DNA from: an uncultured Gemmataceae bacterium
Lineage (GTDB): Bacteria; Planctomycetota; Planctomycetia; Gemmatales; Gemmataceae
NCBI GenBank assembly: GCA_963750165.1
Contig: CAVVPN010000003.1
Coordinates: 2,176,001-2,240,000, forward strand
Length of the DNA: 64,000 nt
Reading direction: 5' to 3'
The translations under genes were made by a program, and so were the position numbers. Positions 59,396-64,000 of this stretch are shown piece by piece. Below the pieces are notes generated by a model that was not told where the DNA came from, searched no databases, and saw only the letters and a list, made by a program, of their open reading frames with translations. Within the stretch, counting starts at the first letter, position 1. Every line of letters starts with the position of its first letter.

Positions 59396-60422
59396 CTACT
59401 GCCAGCGCACCACGGCGCACAGGTACTCTTCCTTCTTCTTCAACAGCCCTTCATAAACGCCGCCCAGCTCCTCCGGCCGGATGCGCTGCGTGATGAGGCC
59501 GTTCAGGCTCAGCCGGCCGCTCGTCAGCGCTGCCAGCAACCAGCGCTGCGCCTTGTGGATGTCCCATGCCCCGGCAAGCCGCGTGTGTGCCGGCTCGAAC
59601 AGCATGTTGCCGTGCGCCCCCGTCACCTCCAGGTAGCGGCGGTGCAGGTCGTCGTAGAAGTTGACGTTGTTCGCCCGGCCGCGCGGGCTGCCGACCACCA
59701 CCACCTGGCCGGCGTCGCACGCCAGACTCATCGCCGTCGGGATCGCGTCCGGCACGCCCGTCGCATCGGCCACGATCTCGGCGCCGCGCCCCCAGGAACT
59801 GCTGCAACTGCGCCGCCGCGTCGCCGCCGCTGGGGTCGATGGCGAAATCGGCGCCCGCGGCCAGCGCTGCCTCGCGGCGCATCTTCACGGTGTCGATGCC
59901 GACGACCGGGTTGGCGCCCGCCGCGATCAGGCAGCGCAGCGAAAACTGGCCGATCAGCCCCAGGCCGAGCACCGCCGCGGAGCGCGCCAGCGTCAGCCCG
60001 GCGCGCACCGACGCGCCCAGGCCGTAGCGGGCGATGCACGCCAGCGACGCCTTTTCCGCGTCGAGGCCGTCCGGCAACTTCCACCAGCGGCCGCGCTCGT
60101 GGCCCAGCGTCAGCAGCTCGTGCGAGGCGTGATTGCCGGGGTAGCTGACGCGGTCGCCGACGTTCCAGCCGCGGATGTTGCCGCCGAGCGCGGCGATGCG
60201 GCCGGCGGCGCTGTAGCCGGAGCGGAAGGGGAACTTCCAGTCGGGCAGGTTCGGGTCCTTGAGCCACTGGTGCGTGCCGGTGTAGACAGCCAGCTCGGTG
60301 CCGGGGCTGACGGCGCTGACCTCCGTTTCGACGAGGATTTGATCTGGCCCGGGCGGCGGCAGTTCGACCTCGCGCACGGCAACTTTGAAGGGTTCGGTGA
60401 TGACGACCTGTCGCGCTCGCAT
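59396..60422 (-). CDS. Zinc-binding/MDR-family dehydrogenase (frameshift at ~59785-59793)
   Basis: VSPGTELAVY, FPFRSGYS, GLGLIG; resumes AEIVADATG...VVRWQ. Confidence 0.85.
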
Positions 60423-60508
60423 GGCAACCTCGGCTGCGGTATCGGTGTCGGGAAGAGGTTAATATAGTAGTCTGGAGGGGAACCGAAACCCACCCGCGAG
60501 GACGACGC

Positions 60509-61885
60509 ATGCTCCTGCTCGGCCAGCAACGCCAGCGCACCTGTTCCGGCCTGACGCGCCGCGCCTTCCTGCAAATCGGCGGCAGCAGTGTCCTCGGCCT
60601 GTCGCTGGCGGACCTGCTGCGGTTGCGCTCGCAGTCCGGCCCGGCGGCCCACGGCAGCGCCCGGGCGGTGATCCTGCTCTGGCTCTGGGGCGGCCCCGCG
60701 CAGCTCGACACCTGGGACCCCAAGCCGGCCGCCCCGCTCGAATACCGCGGCCCCTTCGCCGCCATTCCGACGCGCGTCCCCGGCACGCGCATCGGCGAGT
60801 TGTTCCCGCAGCTGGCGGACCTCGCGGACCAGTTCGCCATCCTGCGGTCGCTGCACACGCAGTCCAACGATCACGGCGTCGCGGGCACCATCGGCCTGAC
60901 CGGCAGCGCCGGCGGGGCCGTCAACCTCGGTGGCCAGGCGCTCGCGGGCGGCGTTCGGCCGGCGACGGGTTCCGTGGTGGCCCGGGTCCGCGGCCAGCGC
61001 GGCGCGTTGCCGCCGTTCCTGGTCGTGGGCGGCCGGTTGCACCAGGGCAAGCGTGCCATCATCGGCGAGGGCGGCGGCCCGCTCGGCGCTCGTTATGACC
61101 CGTTCCGCCTGGAGTTCGACCCCGCACAGCAAAACGTCCGCATCCCCGCATTGCAGCTGCCGCCGAACCTGACGCCTGAGCGCCTCGGCGACCGCCAGCG
61201 GCTGCTGACCGCCCTCGACGGTGCGCAGCGGCAGACGGATCTGCTGCACGCCGGCCGCGCCATCAGCGATCACCGGGCGCAGGCCATCGCGCTGTTGACG
61301 GCGCCGGACGCCCGCCGCGTTTTCGACCTGGCGCAGGAGCGGCCGGCGCTGGCGGAGCGCTACGGCCGCACGCGCTTCGGCCAGTCGTGTCTGCTGGCCC
61401 GGCGGCTGGTGGAGCATGGCGTGCCGTTCGTGCAGGTGAACTGGAGCGACCACGTTGAGGCGGAGGAGGACTCCGGCGACGGCGGCTGGGACCACCATTA
61501 TCGCAACTTCCAGATCATGCAGGATCGTCACGCCCCGTGGCTGGATCAGGCCCTGTCCGCTCTGTTGATTGATCTGCGGCAGCGCGGTTTGCTGGAGCGG
61601 ACGCTGGTGCTGGCGGTCGGCGAGTTCGGCCGCTCGCCGCGCATCAACGCCAATGCGGGGCGCGAGCACTGGGAGCATTGTTACAGTGCGTTGCTGGCGG
61701 GCGGGGGAGTGCGCGGCGGCCGCGTGGTCGGCGAAAGCGACCGCCGGGCGGAGCGGCCGCACGAGCGCCCGACGACGCCGGCGGACGTGGCCGCGACGGT
61801 GCAGCACTGCGTCGGCATCACCAGCGAGCAGGCGGTTTCGCTCGGCGTCACGGTCAACGGCCAGGTGATCCATGAGCTGTTCTGA
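60509..61885 (+). CDS. DUF1501 domain protein
   Basis: TRRAFLQIG, LWLWGGPAQLDTWDPKP, YGRTRFGQSCLLARRLVEHGV, GEFGRSP. Confidence 0.92.
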   Translation: MLLLGQQRQRTCSGLTRRAFLQIGGSSVLGLSLADLLRLRSQSGPAAHGSARAVILLWLWGGPAQLDTWDPKPAAPLEYRGPFAAIPTRVPGTRIGELFPQLADLADQFAILRSLHTQSNDHGVAGTIGLTGSAGGAVNLGGQALAGGVRPATGSVVARVRGQRGALPPFLVVGGRLHQGKRAIIGEGGGPLGARYDPFRLEFDPAQQNVRIPALQLPPNLTPERLGDRQRLLTALDGAQRQTDLLHAGRAISDHRAQAIALLTAPDARRVFDLAQERPALAERYGRTRFGQSCLLARRLVEHGVPFVQVNWSDHVEAEEDSGDGGWDHHYRNFQIMQDRHAPWLDQALSALLIDLRQRGLLERTLVLAVGEFGRSPRINANAGREHWEHCYSALLAGGGVRGGRVVGESDRRAERPHERPTTPADVAATVQHCVGITSEQAVSLGVTVNGQVIHELF

Positions 61886-61887
61886 AA

Positions 61888-62000
61888 AGGATTCACCACA
61901 AAGACACAAAGACGCACAAAGGAAAAACAAATAATGATCAGAACACTTGTTGTTCCCTGTCTTTTCCTTTGTGCGTCTTTGTGTCTTTGTGGTGAATCCT
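61888..62000. repeat. 39-bp perfect inverted repeat of CACAAAG nonamers overlapping the next gene's 5' end
   Basis: Arms 61888-61926 and 61962-62000. Confidence 0.88.
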
Positions 62001-62809
62001 CTGGCCAGCCGCGGCGCGTTACGAATCAGCGCGACTTCCTGCAACATTTGCAGTGGTCGCCCGACGGCAAGCGCTTCCTGGTCACGCGCATCCACGCCGG
62101 CAAGATGGGCCTGTGGACCATCGAGGTGGACGGCAAGCAATGGAAGCGGCTGCTGCCCGCCGACGCGGAGCCGCACTTCGACGGCCACTGGTCGCCGGAC
62201 GGCAAACGCATCGTCTTCGTCGCCGACAAGCTCCAGGGCACCGACGGCCAGCTGCGCATCGACGTGATGAACGCCGACGGCACCGAGGTGAAAACGCTGG
62301 TGCCGCACAAGGCTTTTGAGGAGTCGCCGCGCTGGGCGCCGGACGGCAAGCGCGTCGCCTGGGTCAGCACCCGCGGCGGCAACCCGGACGTTTACGTCGT
62401 GGACGCCGGCGGCGGCAACGTCAAGCGGTTGACCAGCGACACCGCCATCGACCACAACCCCAGCTGGGCGCCGGACGGCAAGCGCCTGGCGTTTTGCAGC
62501 GGCCGCGGCGGCAACTTCGACATATTTACCATGAACGCCGACGGCGGTGATGTGAAGCGCCTGACCGATCACCCGCGCATGGACTACTGGCCGGCCTGGT
62601 CGCCGGACGGCAAACGCATCGCCTTCACGTCCAACCGCGACGGCAATTACGAGATTTACGTGATGAACGCGGACGGCAGCGGTGTGCGCAACCTGACCCG
62701 CCACCCGGCGCAGGACAACTACGCGGCGTGGTCGCCGGACGGCCGCCGTCTGGCGTTCCTCTCCAACCGCGGCGGTGGATACAATATCTTCGTTGTGGAC
62801 GTTCCGTGA
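61934..62809 (+). CDS. TolB-like PD40 beta-propeller protein
   Basis: Repeated P.WSPDGKRIAF.S.R.GN..IYVMNADG. Confidence 0.88.
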   Translation: MIRTLVVPCLFLCASLCLCGESSGQPRRVTNQRDFLQHLQWSPDGKRFLVTRIHAGKMGLWTIEVDGKQWKRLLPADAEPHFDGHWSPDGKRIVFVADKLQGTDGQLRIDVMNADGTEVKTLVPHKAFEESPRWAPDGKRVAWVSTRGGNPDVYVVDAGGGNVKRLTSDTAIDHNPSWAPDGKRLAFCSGRGGNFDIFTMNADGGDVKRLTDHPRMDYWPAWSPDGKRIAFTSNRDGNYEIYVMNADGSGVRNLTRHPAQDNYAAWSPDGRRLAFLSNRGGGYNIFVVDVP

Positions 62810-62904
62810 AGTCGAGCGGGGTCGCGTCAGCGCCCCGTGAAAAACGCACGGGCGCTGACGCGACCTCGCTCGACTTCACGGGGCGCTGACGCGACCCCGC
62901 TCGA
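62805..62904. repeat. REP cluster (TCGAGCGGGGTCGCGTCAGCGCCCCGTG, three units)
   Basis: One forward and two reverse copies. Confidence 0.8.
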
Positions 62905-62934
62905 AGCTCCAGAATTGCGCCGGAGAAACCCATC

Positions 62935-63603
62935 ATGATTGCCATCGCACCGTCGATTCTCGCCGCGGACTTCAGCCGCCTGGGCGACCTGGTCCGCGAG
63001 GTGGACCAGGCCGGCGTCCAGCGCATCCACATCGATGTGATGGACGGCCATTTTGTGCCCAACCTGACCATGGGCCCCGTCGTCGTCCAGGGACTGCGGC
63101 CGGTCACGCGCCTGCCGCTCGAAGTCCACCTCATGATCGAGGAGCCGGCGAAGTTCGTGGACAGCTTCATCAAGGCCGGCGCCGACACGCTCATCGTTCA
63201 CAAGGAAGTGCTGCCCGATCCGAAGCCGCTGCTGCAGCGCGTCCGCGGTCTCGGCAAACGCATCGGCCTGGCGATCAATCCGGACCATCCCGTCGAGGCG
63301 CTGACGCCGTACCTGCCGCTGATCGACCTGGCCCTGTGCATGACGGTGTTCCCGGGCTTCGGCGGTCAGGCGTTCTTGCCGGAGAGCCCCGAACGCATCC
63401 GCCGGCTGCGGGCGCTGATCGGGCAGCACAACCCGGCCTGCGAGCTGGAGGTGGACGGCGGCATCGAGGCGCACACGGCGCCCGAAGCGGTGGCGGCGGG
63501 AGCGAACGTGCTGGTGGTCGGCACCGGCATCTTCGGCCACAAACAGGGGCCGACCGCGGCGGTGCGCGAGTTGCAGGCGCTGACGGGCGGTGGCACGCGC
63601 TAA
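62935..63603 (+). CDS. rpe: Ribulose-phosphate 3-epimerase
   Basis: IAPSILAADF, HIDVMDGHFVPNLTMG, MTVFPGFGGQ, EVDGGI. Confidence 0.95.
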   Translation: MIAIAPSILAADFSRLGDLVREVDQAGVQRIHIDVMDGHFVPNLTMGPVVVQGLRPVTRLPLEVHLMIEEPAKFVDSFIKAGADTLIVHKEVLPDPKPLLQRVRGLGKRIGLAINPDHPVEALTPYLPLIDLALCMTVFPGFGGQAFLPESPERIRRLRALIGQHNPACELEVDGGIEAHTAPEAVAAGANVLVVGTGIFGHKQGPTAAVRELQALTGGGTR

Positions 63604-63714
63604 GCCGCAAGCGGCAGAACGGGCCTTGTCGCGGCGCACGGCGGGTTTTATCATAAATCCCATTCCCAATCGGGGCCCGCGTCCCCGGCAACGTGACGCA
63701 AAAAAGGAACGCCA

Positions 63715-63942
63715 ATGTCCATTGACAAGAGTCTCCGCCGCAAGAATACGCTGGCGCGTGCCCGCAACGTGCTGACGCGCGACGAACGCATCAAGGTGCT
63801 CATGGACGAGGAGCGCTGGCCGGACGGCCGCAGCCCCTATGGCCTGCCCAAGGTCAAGGTCGTCAAGGTCGTCATCAAGAAGGTCAAGAAGGCCAAGGAA
63901 GAAGAGAAGACCGAGGGCGAGGCTGGCGCCGCCGCCACCTAA
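63715..63942 (+). CDS. Small basic protein (PVC signature, TIGR04137 family)
   Basis: MSIDKSL...RNVLTRDERI...SPYGLPKVK. Confidence 0.85.
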   Translation: MSIDKSLRRKNTLARARNVLTRDERIKVLMDEERWPDGRSPYGLPKVKVVKVVIKKVKKAKEEEKTEGEAGAAAT

Positions 63943-63962
63943 CCGCTGTCCCGCATTCCCCG

Positions 63963-64000
63963 ACGCAGCCCGTTTCGCCGGCGAAATGGGCTGCGTCTTT
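63963..64000 (+). terminator. Probable rho-independent terminator
   Basis: gacgcagcccgtttcgcc/ggcgaaatgggctgcgtc followed by TTT at the window end. Confidence 0.6.

Overview
High-GC bacterial DNA, very probably a planctomycete of the Gemmataceae type. Lineage markers are a TIGR03000 protein, DUF1501, a DUF4058 remnant, planctomycete cytochrome c/WD40 and PPC proteins, a TIGR04137 small basic protein and a Gemmata-type '...HVRGCWVVDLLLGK' protein. About 45 genes: core metabolism (ackA, nadE, fumC, rpe), secreted hydrolases and beta-propellers, transporters, a two-component system, an ECF sigma factor and several pseudogene remnants. No CRISPR array, rRNA, intact tRNA or intact transposase was found. 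Highlights: (1) a split redoxin gene whose in-frame UGA sits at the first Cys of the CxxC motif and is followed by a bSECIS-like hairpin (probable selenoprotein); (2) a kinase/NtrC pair followed by a sigma-54 promoter and a secreted N/Q-rich plus Gly-Met-repeat protein; (3) many non-autonomous repeats, including TIR MITEs that insert at CTAWG and carry GTAG-REP cargo, a nested stack at 47.3-47.8 kb, and repeats recruited into coding sequence. About ten single-base frameshifts, mostly in G/C runs, look like long-read assembly errors. All family assignments are from motif recognition by eye, not database searches.
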